Shown here piece after piece: positions 41,817-56,387 of a stretch of DNA of 64,000 nt (within the stretch, counting starts at the first letter, position 1; the number at the start of each line of letters is the position of its first letter). The position numbers were made by a program, and so were the translations under genes. The notes under the pieces were generated by a model. That model had not been told where the DNA came from. It saw nothing but the letters and a program-made list of their open reading frames with translations, and ran no database searches. This DNA is from Octopus vulgaris (lineage: Eukaryota), in the NCBI GenBank assembly GCA_951406725.2, contig OX597828.1:53134001-53198000 (forward strand). Direction: 5' to 3'.

Positions 41817-42175
41817 GGCGCAGGAGTGGCTGTGTGGTAAGTAGCTTGCTAACCAACCACATGGTTCCGGGTTCAGTCCCACTGCGTGGCACCTTGGGCA
41901 AGTGTCTTCTGCTATAGCCCCGAGCCGACCAATGCCTTGTGAGTGGATTTGGTAGACGGAAACTGAAAGAAGCCTGTCGTATATATATATATATGTATGT
42001 GTGTTTGTGTGCCTGTGTTTACGTCCCCGTTACTTAGCGGTTCGGCAAAAGAGACCGATAGAATAAGTACTGGGCTTACAAAGAATAAGTCCCGGGGTCG
42101 ATTTGCTCGGCTAAAGGCGGTGCTGCAGCATGGCCGCAGTCGAATGACTGAAACAAGTAAAAAAGTAAAGTAAAA
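41817..42175 (+). mobile_element. tRNA-derived SINE family A, near full-length reference copy
   Basis: A-box tggctgtgtgg, B-box ggttcagtccc, ccttgggcaag body, internal (TA)/(GT) tract, tail cagcatggccgcagtc..tgactgaaacaagtaaaa; many copies in the window. Confidence 0.9.
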
Positions 42176-42568
42176 AGTTGTTTTGATACATTTCTATAGT
42201 CGTCGTATGTAGATGTGATGTTGTGTGAAGATTTCTCACACCGAGTGAAATGACGGTAGGATCTTTCGAAAGACTTATATAATCAGTCACCTAAGGAGAT
42301 GCATTTTACATCTGGGATGTATGATAATGATTACGCAGAAAATCACCCATGTACTAAGGGTGTAGAAAAGTGTCGAAACAATTGTGGTGGTTCTAAATAA
42401 AGAATGTCTTTCTTTTCATTTTCTATCATTTACATATATATATATATATGCATTTGTGTGTACATACACTCAAACACACACACGCACACACACACTGTCA
42501 TAAAATATATGTCGCAAATACACACTATATGTTTAATATATGTATAATACTGAGAAATATACCCATCA

Positions 42569-42601
42569 CTGATGATACATAATATGCAGAAACAGGCTGT
42601 C
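42569..42601 (+). ncRNA. Minimal hammerhead-like motif (stem I decayed)
   Basis: CUGAUGA-UACAU-AAU-AUGCA-GAA-ACAG-G-CUGU-C: core, stem II and stem III are present, but stem I pairing is poor. Confidence 0.55.
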
Positions 42602-43195
42602 TATAGTAGTATAAATAAGTATAAAATATTAAATACACATTAAATGAATAACATTACTATGTAGCTGACTTGCCTACTTGAAAAGGAAACTCATATCATA
42701 CCTTTCCATGAAAAACGGCTAAGTACCACCACACAATGTACTTACACACACACATATTTACATGCATACAAACATACTTACATACACACGTATATAAGAA
42801 TGTATGTATGTATCTATGTATGTATGTCTAAGTAGGTTTATGTGTCTGCCCAAGCGTATCTAATGCTAAAGAGACTCTGAGTTTATCATTCACATCGATT
42901 AAGTAGCTTGATGTATGGATAAATTATGTTAATATGCCGACGTCGCATTATTAAAGAAAGTATTTTAATTGCTCAACCACCTGTCCACAAGTAATTATGT
43001 ATTTACATACAGATAATGTGTGCGCGCACCGAAACACACACGTATAGTCAAACACTCGCGCGCGCACATGTTTAGGATCTCATACACTCAGTCACAAATA
43101 TATACATACATACACACACACACACACACATATATTCATGTACGTATTTACGTATGTAAACATATATATATATATATACATATAAACATATGTAC

Positions 43196-43245
<50 letters not shown>

Positions 43246-43574
43246 GTATATACACGCATATCCATGAAAAAGTCATTTTGATTATACATACGTACAATTT
43301 GATAAATATGCCAGGGCCGAATTCTTCGTGCATTGGCACCTATCCAACTGATTTCGAATCAAAGGCAAACCATTTGAGCAATTTGTATTATCCACGTGAC
43401 ATCGTATTTGTGTTTATGATTTGTTCTAGAGAAATCCATTGAAACACTGGTGTCACCGCTAATTGAAATAAATTTCAGAGATGCTTTGCCCCACACAGAA
43501 ATTTCAGAGATGCTTTGCCCCACACAGAAATACTCAGAGGTTTTGCAAGTTCTTGTACATCTTTGCAAAGCTAG

Positions 43575-43842
43575 AAACACTTCCGTATCGTCAACATTTA
43601 TCTCAGGGTCTCGAGTGTTTCACCCCTGAGAGAGACATCGGGGATTGGGCTAGTCTTCACCTACAGAAGGATTCCACTCGCGGTCTTTTATCAACCATAG
43701 CCATCTTGATCTAATTTCAGCGGCCATGCTGATTCTTTTGATGGCATTCTTCATTTTTCTAAGATCAAACCCTGTCTTTTGCAGAAAATATGTCATTGGC
43801 GTCGATAGAATTCCGCGGCAGCCGACTTCAGTGCAGAATGAA
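43575..43842 (-). mobile_element. HERO-like (RLE-type) non-LTR element 3' end
   Basis: EVGCRGILS...AIKRISMAAEIRSRWLWLIKDREW resembles the HERO C-terminus (EVGCRG...AE..S.WLW); short 3' UTR follows. Confidence 0.65.
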
Positions 43843-43844
43843 AC

Positions 43845-43951
43845 CGTAAACACACCAGCATCAGTTGTCAAGCAATTTTGGGGGCCAAACACAGACACAC
43901 AAATATATACACACACACATACATACATACATACATACATACATACATACA

Positions 43952-43984
<33 letters not shown>

Positions 43985-44185
43985 GTGTGTGTGTGTATGT
44001 ATATATATATAAAAATATACGACGGGCTTCTTTCAGTTTGCGTCAACCAAATCCACTCACAAGGCTTTGGTCGGCCCGAGGCTATAGTAGAAGACACTTG
44101 CCAACGTTGCTACGCAATGGGACTGAACCCGGAACCATGTGGTTGGTAAGCAAGCCACTTACTACACATCCACTACTGCGCCTAC
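43845..44185 (-). mobile_element. SINE family A
   Basis: Reverse-complement match of head and body. Confidence 0.85.
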
Positions 44186-44534
44186 AATAATAAAAAATAA
44201 TTAATCATTTACTGTAGGGAGATTTAGTTGCTATTGCAGGTAAGTTCAACAATCCTGTCGAAACTACACGCTGGTACTTTAGGATTTTCATCATTGATGT
44301 TTAACTCAGATTAACCCACGTATATCAAACTTGTAATCAAAGAGGTTGAAACCGTGACTTTATTCAAATAGATTATCTACAACTTCCTTTTCTTGTAAAG
44401 AAATAAAGGCATGATCTTAGCAGGTCGATCGATCGCAGAGAAACGTTTTTAATGGTTTTTTAGAAATTTCGTTGTTATTGTTTAGCACAAGATCAACTCT
44501 ATTGATCAAATTTGTATTTATGAGAATATTGGTT

Positions 44535-45125
44535 TTAGATTTTGACGCAAGGCCAACAACTTCGGTGGGGCGAGGGTAGTAAGGCGATTACATAGACCCC
44601 CAATGGTTAACTGTATTTATTTTATCGACCCCGAAAGGATGAAAGGAAAAGTCAACCTCGGCGGAATTTGGAAGCAGAACCGTAAAGACGGACGAAATGC
44701 CGCTAAGCATTTCGCACGGTGTGGGGTGCTAACGATTCTACCAAGTCGCCACTTTGTATTTAAGAGAATATCGGTTTCAAATGTTGGTACAATGCCAGCA
44801 AGCTCGTGGAGTTGGGGGAGCGGTTAAGTCGCTGACATCGACACCAGTATTTAACTGGTACTTATTTGATTGTCCCCGAAAGAATAAAAGGCAAGATCGA
44901 CTCAAGATCGAATTTAGGCTCATAACATAAAGACGAACAAATACCGTTCGGGATGGGTGTTGTGGTGGTTAAGTCGATTGCATCAGCCTTAGTAGTGAAC
45001 TGGTACTTATTTTATCGACTCTGAAAGGATGAAAGGCAAAGTCGACTTCGGCGGAATTTGAAGTCAGAACGCAAAGACGGGCGAAATACCGTGCCAAAGG
45101 CGTGCTAACGATTCTGCCAGGTCGA
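44535..45125 (-). mobile_element. SINE family B, three tandem diverged copies
   Basis: Three repeats of actggtacttattt..tcgac.ccgaaagg.tgaaaggcaaagtcgac. Confidence 0.8.
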
Positions 45126-46036
45126 GGCCTTGTATTTAGGAGAATATCAATATTTACGTTATGTCCTTTGGACGACATGTTGGCAATCGAGGGAAACTTC
45201 GCTGCTATTTCTAACACATTGATCAGACACACTGACATAGACGCACGCATGTACGCGCATACAGACGCTTGAGCGATGGAGAGCATGTGCATATACGTAG
45301 TTGTGAAATATACATGTTATGTCTTTAGACGGCACGTTGGCAATCGAGGGACATTTTGCAGCTATTTCTAACACACCGATCTACCGCTTCGAGATCTCAT
45401 TGGATTCCTTTTCTCTTTCTGTGTCGCCAACAGACAGCTAACAGCCATTCCACTTACTCCAACCACATTCGCCATATGGAATTTTTGTTTATTCTGCCAC
45501 GGTTGTTTTCTATATCGAATATCGTAAATTTACCAATTGGGTATGTAATGCGATGTGGGTGCCCAGGAGGTGGGGAGAGGGCAGACGGCGCAGACCAAGC
45601 GGCCTGGTTGGACTATAATAAAGACGGAAGACTCCCAACACTTTTTGACTTCATTTATTAAAAGGGAGGAGTGGAGCGTCGTCCATTTTTTCTGTTGTTT
45701 CACCGTTATTTTATTATATTTCTTTACATATTTCTTTTGGGTGTTTTGTGGTTTTTACCTTTTACATTTCATTTTTAGAGCCTTTTTTTTTTGTCTTTTA
45801 GGATTAAAAAAAAGAAGAAGAAAGGGATGTGTTAACTTTGTTTTCGTTCGATGTTCTCTTCTGGTTATATTTTTGTTGTTTTTTTGGGGTTTTTTTTTTA
45901 CCTCAGATTTAACGAAACCATCTGCTTTTGCAAACATTTCTTCATATCAACCAATGGCAGATTGCCGACGGGAAAACGAAAATCACTTCCACGCTTCTCT
46001 CTCTTTCTCTTTCCTCCTTTTACTGCTTACACACAT

Positions 46037-46105
<69 letters not shown>

Positions 46106-46352
46106 CTCACACACGCACACACACGCACGCATGCACACAAGCACATACGCATACTCGCACATGCATTTATACAAACGTGTTTGTGTATGTCTCTGCATAT
46201 ATACACATACATACATATACTCGATCATGCATATAATCATAGATGCATGCGTATACATATATATCTTCGAGTGTGTTTGTGTGCGCGAGAATACACCAGT
46301 CTATCTGCTTCATTTTCTTTATCATCTTTTTCGTACACTAAAAGTCTTTCCT

Positions 46353-46419
<67 letters not shown>

Positions 46420-46788
46420 ATCCCCCCCTCTCTCTTAGACTTGACCAGACTCAGTTAAACCTACCAAATAATTGTGTTTCTTCCTGACAACCCGCCCCGC
46501 CTTTCTTTCACCGAATTCTCACCTACCTACCTATACACCTACCTACCTAGCTGCACCCTCACCACCACCCGATATACCCAACTCTTCTTTCTTTGATTCA
46601 CTGAGGCACCAACACTCCCTCCATCACCACCATCAGCACCATCACTAAAACAACTCCTCACAGATGGCCACATCACGTGACTGGAAATATCAACATACAT
46701 ACATCAACCCCACCCCACACCGATCTGGTCTGTGATGTGTCAAGGAAAAAAAAAGAATGAAGTCGATTCCATTCTCTCCACGCCTTTT

Positions 46789-46830
<42 letters not shown>

Positions 46831-47424
46831 TTCTGTATTTTGTCTCCCCTTCCTTTCTCTCTTTCCTCCACTCTCACTCTACCAGCTTTCTCTTTCATTC
46901 ACGCTTAAACATCATATCTCTGTCTGTCTGTCTGTCTGTCTGTCTCTGTCTGTCTGTCTCTCTCTCTCTATCTCACTTTCTATCTCTCCTCTCCCTCTTT
47001 CTTTCTACATCTCACTCTTTCTCTTTCCCTCTTTCTCCCTCTCTCATCCTCTCTCCTCCATCTTACTCTCACCAACTCTTATTTCATCAAGTATTTCTCT
47101 TTTGGCTTCCCCACTCTCTCATACTCAGGTGTTAAATTGACTTCAAATTAAATATGCTTTACGACTTGTTAAAATTTTCGTCGCAGATCTGCGGCCTTCC
47201 TACTGATACAATTCCACTGATACTTTGAAATTAAAATTAAATTACTCTTCTACGATGTACTTGCTTCAGGTTCAACAACCGCTTTCAGATCAAGCTGCAA
47301 CTTTCTGAAGTACTCCCTTTCAGTCCCGTTCATTCTCCTCCCATTTATATACTCAGGTATGTGTGTATAATATATATATATATATATATGACACCCCACA
47401 CACAGACATTTATATATACATATT

Positions 47425-47460
<36 letters not shown>

Positions 47461-47670
47461 AACACACACACACACACATATACACATACATTCGTCCCCG
47501 TAATTTAGCGGTGGCCAAAAGAGGTCGATAGAATAAGTACCTGGCTTACGAAAAAGTACTGGAGTCAATTCATTTGACTTAAGATTCTTCAAGGCGCTAC
47601 CTCAGCATGGCCGCAATTTCATGATTGAAACAATTAAATGATAAAGGATAATATATATATATATATATAT

Positions 47671-47747
<77 letters not shown>

Positions 47748-47778
47748 AAGAGAGTTAGAGAGAGAGACAGAGAAAGAG

Positions 47779-47841
<63 letters not shown>

Positions 47842-48710
47842 CAACAACCTTGCAAATGTTCTCTAAATATCAGCCAATCTTTTTTGTGTTGGTAAGAGGA
47901 AGTCTCCGTATTGGCGACAAAATTTCAAACAAGAATTTAAAAACATAAAACCACAAATATTCGTAAGGCATCGCACAGAAAAATGCGTAAACGCATATGT
48001 TAATCGATGTATATGTATAGACATAGAAACATGGGAAAAAACATACTTACTAACGGAACTCTGTACATAGAGTGCGTAAACAAAACACGATGGCTTTCTA
48101 AAATACAACTGTAAATCGTTCATGTTATTTAATCTTTGTTTATCTCGGTATGTTTAAAGAAAAAAACCAGTCCATTCAAAGAAATTGAGCAGACTACGCG
48201 CGTGCATACACATACAGACGCACACACACACACATACACACACATATATACTCACACATATACGTACACATGCGTAGTAGTGAAATATACACGAAGACAT
48301 ATATATCGTTGCTATTATGTTAAACTGTCGTATGTCGAAATTTGGCCAAATGCGGTTATTTTTTGTTTTTTTTCAATATTTAATTTTGCTTCCATTAGCC
48401 TGTTCTTTTGGTCAAACTATCGTATCTCCAGCTGCTTCAGATGCCTAAGATATGAAAATTGTCAAAGTGTCATGCAACGGTTTAGCATTTTTCAAAAGTG
48501 TAGTTAGTCCCACATACGACGGTTTTGCAAAAATATTTCTGACTAAAAATATCATACATGCATGGAGTTACGATTTTATGCCCCCAACAAAGTATTATTG
48601 TTAAGCTGAAACTATTGTTAATGTAAACAGTAATGGAATGGTGAAACTACTTTTTTCGTTTTCTGAAAAAGCAACGTTTTGGACTTACGACACTTTTGCA
48701 TAATAGCAAC

Positions 48711-48764
<54 letters not shown>

Positions 48765-48808
48765 TATATACATATATACAATATATACATATATATATAC
48801 ATATATAC

Positions 48809-48971
<163 letters not shown>

Positions 48972-49549
48972 ATACATATTGTGATAAGTAACGATAATAT
49001 ATATTTCTGTATACTCCGATCACAGCCTTATCGACTTATCGTAGACGTGCATACATACATACATATACACACACACTAAATTGGGGCGACTCAATCTCTG
49101 TATCAGTCTCAATGCATTCCCGGGCTCCGCAGGTGAGTTATGGCTATAATAAGTGCCTGATAACACACTGGATGCACAGCCAAAACACCAGGAGAGACTG
49201 ACTCACTCCAAATAAAACTATTACTTATTTCTAATATGGAATTGATTACTATTTCTACCAATAGTTAACACAAAACGTATATATACAAAAAGACAGGAAT
49301 TTTTTGCCCACGTTAGTGTTAACTCTAAAGGAGAGAGGAGGGACGAACTAAACTATTTTTCTAGGTCTATTATCTGAATTATTTTTACGATTCATATTTT
49401 TATTTAAAGACTTGTAATATGTTTTATCTTTGAAGCAGCTGTTAGCTAGAGCATTATTATTATAGTAGGAGTTTGCCTTATCAAATATTTTTGACGAAGA
49501 TATATTTAATATCCTTTTAATAATGTTAGCTATCAGATCTTTAAAAATT

Positions 49550-49760
49550 ATAGCGGGGCATGCCGGGAAAAATGCTTCGTGGCATTTCGTCCGTTTTTAT
49601 ATATTCTGAATTCAAATTCCGCCAAGGTCGACTTTACCTCCCATCCTCTAGATAGTGGGGGGGGGGTCGATAAAATGAGTATCAGTGGAGCACTGGGTTC
49701 GATGTAATCGACTTAATCCTTCATCTGAAATTGCTGGCCTTGTGCCAAAATCTGAAATGA
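49550..49760 (+). mobile_element. SINE family B
   Basis: Diverged match. Confidence 0.75.
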
Positions 49761-50254
49761 ATATTTGGTTCTTCTAAGTATGAAGACACACATATACACA
49801 TATTCATACACACACATATCCGTATGTATTGTTATTCGAGGATTTTAGTATTATATTTTAGAGATTAATATGGATTTGGGAAGCCAGCTGGAGATTTTTC
49901 AATTCCATTATGGTAATGCTGCCTCTGACGCTGATGCTGCAACAACACGAACCGATAAAAAGAAGAACAAAGAGTGAAGGTCTTCCCAATAATCCTTGCA
50001 GCTGAAATGTTACAACGCTTGAAGATTAAACATTTTGAAGAAATATCTGGTCTTCATAGAAGTCAATCAACCAGAACAAGAACTACTACAGTTCTTGTTG
50101 TTAAAAGGGTGGGAAAAAAACAGAAAAGAAAAGTAAAAAAGAAAAATAAGGAAGAAAAATAAAAGGTTATATGAAAGGAAGAATCTGATGGAAAAGTTTG
50201 CGAAGTGTAGGACTTTTTGGGAAGCAAAAATCTGTTTGACTGTGTGGTAAGAAA

Positions 50255-50415
50255 ATCTGGTGTAGCTGTGTGGTAAGGAACTTGTTTCCCAACCACGTGG
50301 TTCCGGGTTCAGTCCCACTGCGTGGCACCTTGGGCAAGTGTCTTCTGCTATAGCCTCAGGCCGACCAAAGCCGTGTGAGTGGATTTAGTAGACGGAAACC
50401 GAAAGAAGCCCGTCG

Positions 50416-50478
<63 letters not shown>

Positions 50479-50755
50479 GTGTTTGTATGTGTGTGTGCGT
50501 GCGTGCGTGTGTGTCTTTGTAAATGTGTTTGTGTGTTTTTTTGTACATATGTTTGTCCTCCACCGCCGCTTCACAAGCGCTGCTGGTGTGTTTACGTCCA
50601 CATAACTTAGTGGTTCTGCAAAAGAAATCGATAAAACTTACCAGACTTTAAAAAAAAAAATAAACCATTACCGAGGTTGATACATTTAACTGAAAATTCT
50701 CCAAGGTAGTGCCCCAGTATGGCCGCAGTGTGATGACAGAGACAAGTAAAAGATG
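50255..50755 (+). mobile_element. SINE family A
   Basis: Full-length match. Confidence 0.85.
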
Positions 50756-51417
50756 TAAGATATTACCAATTGTCATCTTTCTGATCGAAGTCCAAAAATC
50801 GGACTGAGCTCCTTTGATCTCTTTATAACCTTCATGTCAAGGTGAAGGACTTGATGAAAGTATGTCTACATCAGATATTTAGTCTCACTGATTGTCGTAT
50901 AAAAGATTTCAGAGAAAGCAACCAAAGGCCGGATGGTGATGCTAAGCCGGTTGATATATCATTTCAGTTAGTCTCATAACATATACGGTCATTTCAATGG
51001 ATTTCGTAAATGGTTCTTTCGAGGTAAAATCTCCAACATAACTTGTGACGACCACAATAGAGGACTGGTTCTTGGACTGTTACATTGTGTGATCAACTTA
51101 ATTTCAGTAGACGAGATTCAGCTAAATCCATTCAAGAACAATGGTGTAGTATTAAACGGGTCAACCGACTAAATTTAACTGTACTACTCTACGGGCGTCC
51201 ACACATTTTCCATCCATGCAGTTTCATTTACAATGTTTGGGTTACATCCGCGCAAATACTCTGGAAGACAGCTTGGATGACTCGCAAAATTATTGATTCC
51301 GTTACCACGAAATTTCCATTCAAACCATTTAACCAAAGTTTTTTTGCATAGTATGGATGTACTGCCCGTTTTCATAACAAACATTGTTTTGTGTTGTGTA
51401 TTACGTCTATCTTTTTC

Positions 51418-51517
<100 letters not shown>

Positions 51518-51590
51518 ATAGGAATTTATTCATTTATTTTTTCTATTTTTTATTGCTAAACAGTGAACAAAACGTTTCGCTGCGTGGAAA

Positions 51591-51657
<67 letters not shown>

Positions 51658-52188
51658 AAGTATTTTCTTATTCATACGATTCACCATCTCTCAAATTTCT
51701 TTCAATTAAAAAAAAATCCTATTTCATCTTAAAAACCTCATGTGCACACATTTTGCTTTCTTACCCTGAAGTGTTCGCGCGCACTAGCACACAACCTAAA
51801 GAGAAGAATGTGTTGGAACCACTGGAGCGATGTCTGCGTCCATACCGTGGAATTCGTAACACCAGGGAACTACAAAACTTTTATCGGTTAAAGTTACATG
51901 CAAACAAGCCCCAATAAACAAGAGAAATGAAGAGAGAAACATTAATTTATTGAAATTAAACTCAACAAATTCTGTTGCACAATTTCCAGAACCTAGTCTC
52001 GAATTTGGTGCCTCCTGAACTTGAACCAAAGTCTAAGTATATATATATATATATATATATAGAAACGTTGCTTTTAATAGAATACTGTAAAGAAAAAAAA
52101 ATGAACGTCCTTGGAATACACACGAGGCAGTGTTGTAGACAGAATTTCAGCCTCGCTATGTATGTGTACGTGTGTGTACATATGTATG

Positions 52189-52248
<60 letters not shown>

Positions 52249-52258
52249 TATACACACA

Positions 52259-52302
<44 letters not shown>

Positions 52303-52346
52303 TATACACACACACACATATATATATATATGTATATATATGTATA

Positions 52347-52420
<74 letters not shown>

Positions 52421-52856
52421 TTGCTTGCACCACGTCTACCCATTTGTCATTTTATGGATGTGACTGTCTGAACACTGAACTTGAGAAGTTGGTTAAAAGC
52501 TGAGAAGGAATCGATTGATTCCAAGACTAAAAATTCACTTTCTTAATGGATTTCAACTTCTGATTTACGCAAACTGGAAAACTCAATTTAGAATTTCAAC
52601 AACAAAAACAAAAGCAAAACAAACAAGAACAAACAGCAAAAATAGAAAAGAGACGAAATGGGTGAAATTGAAAATAAGCATTGACGAAAACACATTCAAC
52701 ATATGCATGGATACTCGCATATACACAAATGCATATATAGTCTTCTGTGTGTGTGTGTGAGTGTGTGTGTGTGTGAGTATGTGTGTGTGTGAGAGTGTGT
52801 GTGTGTGAGTGTGTGTGTGTGTATGTACATTATATATATATATTTATATGTATACA

Positions 52857-52887
<31 letters not shown>

Positions 52888-52888
52888 G

Positions 52889-52929
<41 letters not shown>

Positions 52930-52966
52930 GCATGTATATATATATATGCATGTATATATACATATG

Positions 52967-53008
<42 letters not shown>

Positions 53009-53022
53009 TGTATAAATATATT

Positions 53023-53089
<67 letters not shown>

Positions 53090-53757
53090 GTGTATATGTA
53101 TGTTTCTGGTTATACTCATATGTATATCAGTAGAGGAATTGTATTAGTGACCGATTGGAGATGTAGGCCAAAAACGAAAACCTCTAGAACGAAATGGAAT
53201 CAAGAAATAGAACAGAAACGACAAAATTAAACACGTCGGTGTTGTTTAATACAGCTGTTTGAATACTTCTACAAAGTAACTATCGTACGTGTATGTGTAC
53301 GCATTTTTGTGTACGTGTGCATGCCTTTATGAGTGTGGACGGACGTTCGTGAATGCAGATATGGATGTTATACACGGAACAGAGAAAATCAGAGAGACTG
53401 AAACAGGTGTGGATATTAGAAATCTTGTTCTTTAGACAAATATTTAAAATGTAAACTCATTATTTCTGTGCTTTGATGTGTACGAAGAAGACATGGGTGA
53501 CTCTCTTGACGGACCGTTTTGCAGTTTGTTAACCGCTCATCGCAACAAACACACAGATCTATATAAATTACAAGTTATCAATGGTGTGTTTATTTCACTT
53601 TATGAATAGTGAATGTTTTTCTGCTTATTTTGTATGTTGTGATACACGTACTACTAATACTACACTATCATTTATCTATTGCTCTTGAGGCGAATTTTGC
53701 ATAGTATGGATGTATTGTCCGTTTTCATAACAAACTTTGTTTTGTGTTGTGTAATAC

Positions 53758-53806
<49 letters not shown>

Positions 53807-54109
53807 ATAGGAATTATAAAGATTTACATTTATACAGACATGTAAGGAATTTCTCATTAGAAATTCGTCAGACAGGTATAAAAAAAAAAGCTGTTCTTTA
53901 TATTCTCTGTCTCACGATTTTCTGATAGTAAATTCCTCTTATGTCAACAATGATGATGATGATTAGAGCCTCTAATAGCAATTGGAACACAGGTAATGGA
54001 GAACAAATAATACCAAAATATTTCCATTTTCCTGTTTTGTATTGGATTAAGTCTTTCTTTGTTTGATTTGCATAATAGTGGTTTTGTCTCTAATTAATAT
54101 TATATAAAT

Positions 54110-54149
<40 letters not shown>

Positions 54150-54151
<2 letters not shown>

Positions 54152-54519
54152 GGTGCAATGGCCCAGTGGTTAGGGAAGCGGACTCGCGGTCGTAGGATCG
54201 CGGTTTCGATTCCCAGACCGGGCGTTGTGAGTGTTTATTGAGCTATAGGATAATAAAAAAAATAAATAAATGCGGCCTTTTAAAGCCTAGCCAAGCTTAT
54301 GGACCCGGTTTCCCGGTTTCTATGGCGTATGTGTTCCCCAGCTGGACGGGACGCCAGTCTATCGCAGCGTTACTCCTTTTTGCTTGCTGAGTGGACAGGA
54401 GCAATGTGAAATGAAGTGATTTGCTCAAGAACACAACGCGTCGCCCGGTCCAAGAATTGAAACCACAATCTTACGATCATGATGTTGACACCCTAACCAC
54501 TAAGCCACGCGCCTCCACT
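54150..54519. mobile_element. Convergent pair of family C-related SINEs
   Basis: Plus-strand head at 54150-54243; minus-strand copy at 54272-54519 with a V-domain-like motif. Confidence 0.8.
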
Positions 54520-55618
54520 AATTTCAGGATGCTTGCCACAAATTAATTTCTTTTTTTTTTGTTTGTTTTTTACTGTTGTTGCTCTTGTTCGTTTACTTAT
54601 AGTCCTTTTATTTTGCATGCAACAAACTCCATGATCCCAACAGACTCTATGATCTCTCCAGTTTTATCTTCCATTACCATGTGTTTGCACGTAGTTGCTG
54701 CTGTTTTATAGCTAAATAACATACAAAATTAATAAATCCTGGCCATTAACTAAACAAATTATGCTATGGTGAATAAAAGAAACTTGACATCAACGATCAA
54801 GGGAGAAACAGTCGAGCCCGGTGACAATGTGTAAGGGACAAACCAATAATCTTCTGAGTCCTAGCAGGGATTTAATGGCCGCTTGTAAACAACCAGTTTA
54901 AAACCATTTCTTTCCCGTTGAGAAGCGCTGAGCATGGTTTGATACATCGGTAGAATAAAGAAAAATCCACTGCTTGTAACAACGTATAAAGTGTTTTGTA
55001 ATCCTTGATTAAAATCCAGGTGGCAGAAAGAATTGAGTACTCTCGTCAGAGCATGCGATAAAATATCATGTGATGTTTCTTCTAGCTCAATGCTTTCACT
55101 GCAAATACTATATGGTTGGCTTCTATTGGACAAACACAACAGGGGTTATTATTCTTCTCAAATGGGTTTACTCTTAAAGGTATGCTCTATCTAAAATGAT
55201 ATTGTACTTAACTATTGTTTTACGAATGAATGCTTTAAACGAAAGAAGTTTTTTTGCTTTAGTCGTGATTTTGAAAAGAGTGCGTTTATGAATAAAATTT
55301 TGATTTAAATGACTTCAAGGTCATGCCGACGTAAAATTTGGGTTGTTACTAATTGTAACTAAGAATGCACACAGTATACTTAACTATGGAATTATGTTCT
55401 AGGAGTTGTTGTTAGTGTTAATGCAGCCGTTGTGTGTGTATGTGTGTGCGTGCGTGTGTGTGTTGTGTGTGTGTGCGTGTGTGTAGAATTAGGTGTTTAC
55501 ATTCCCTCACACTCACATTCACACGGGCACACATACATATACATACATCTGTACATACACATACATACATGCATGCATGCATACGCACACACATACATAC
55601 ACAGCTATTAATGAAGAC

Positions 55619-55661
55619 GCCTCTGATGAGAATCCAATAAGATATGAAAATCGATTAAGGT
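55619..55661 (+). ncRNA. Minimal type-I hammerhead ribozyme
   Basis: GCCU-CUGAUGA-GAAUC-CAAUAA-GAUAU-GAA-AAUCGAUU-A-AGGU: core intact, stem I GCCU/AGGU, palindromic stem III, UUA triplet. Confidence 0.7.
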
Positions 55662-55855
55662 TATTCATTGTTTTCTCAATCTAATGATCTTGACTCTTAT
55701 TTCTAGCAATTCTGGCGCTGACTACCACCCTTAGTCACATTAGTACTTCTATGGCCCTTAGCACACTTGGTAGGTGTTATGTACTTTAATAGCAGTTTGA
55801 TTCGGCTAGGCTTACGAACCAATAAAACTTTATGCTACACAGAGCCAAATCAAAT

Positions 55856-56234
55856 ATTCACCTCCGTCAAAGAAGGGGTTATGTTTTTCATCGCCGTTGG
55901 CTTGTCCGTCTGTGTGCAAAATAACTCAAAAAGTTGTGAACGGTATTTGGTGAAACTTGCAGGAAAAGTTGGTAATGACACAAGGAACAGATGATGAAAT
56001 TTTGGTAGTGATCCAGGAATTTTTATGGATTCTTCAAGGATTTTTCATTTGCTATGTTTACTTTACATGAAGTATTACAATCTTACGATATTTGATTATC
56101 TCCCTTGAAAATACGTTCATCGTTTCCACTTAACCTATGGTGGCGCTGCTGTTTCCAAAGTATGTTTTCATTTCTCTGTTAGTAATTTTACTCGCGTATC
56201 TATCTTAAAATGAGCTGCTTAGCAGAGGTCTGCG
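55856..56234 (+). mobile_element. Helentron/HINE-like non-autonomous element (copy 1)
   Basis: cctccgtcaa...ggttatgttttt start and aatgagctgcttagcagaggtctgcg end, matching copy 2. Confidence 0.6.
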
Positions 56235-56236
56235 AA

Positions 56237-56315
56237 GGATGTAATGACAAGCCTTGAATATTGGGATCGACTCAAAAATCTCAGGCTTTGCTCCTTCCAC
56301 CGCCGCTGCGAAACT
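56237..56315 (+). mobile_element. CR1/L2-type LINE 3' fragment
   Basis: LEYWDRLKNLRLCSFHRRCE resembles the Y.ERL..L.L.SL..RR motif. Confidence 0.6.
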
Positions 56316-56387
56316 AGCTTGTTGTTGTCATTGATGTTACTGTTTTTAAAGGGTTTTTAAAAAAAATATATGGCTGTGTACTATTTT

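Noticed and set aside
45614-45656. TATA/Inr-like promoter on the + strand
   Set aside because: Spacing is about 39 nt, such motifs are common in AT-rich DNA, and there is no downstream ORF.
50760-51340. Possible pogo/DDE transposase relic (AWMENVWTP on the minus strand)
   Set aside because: Similarity too short to support a call.
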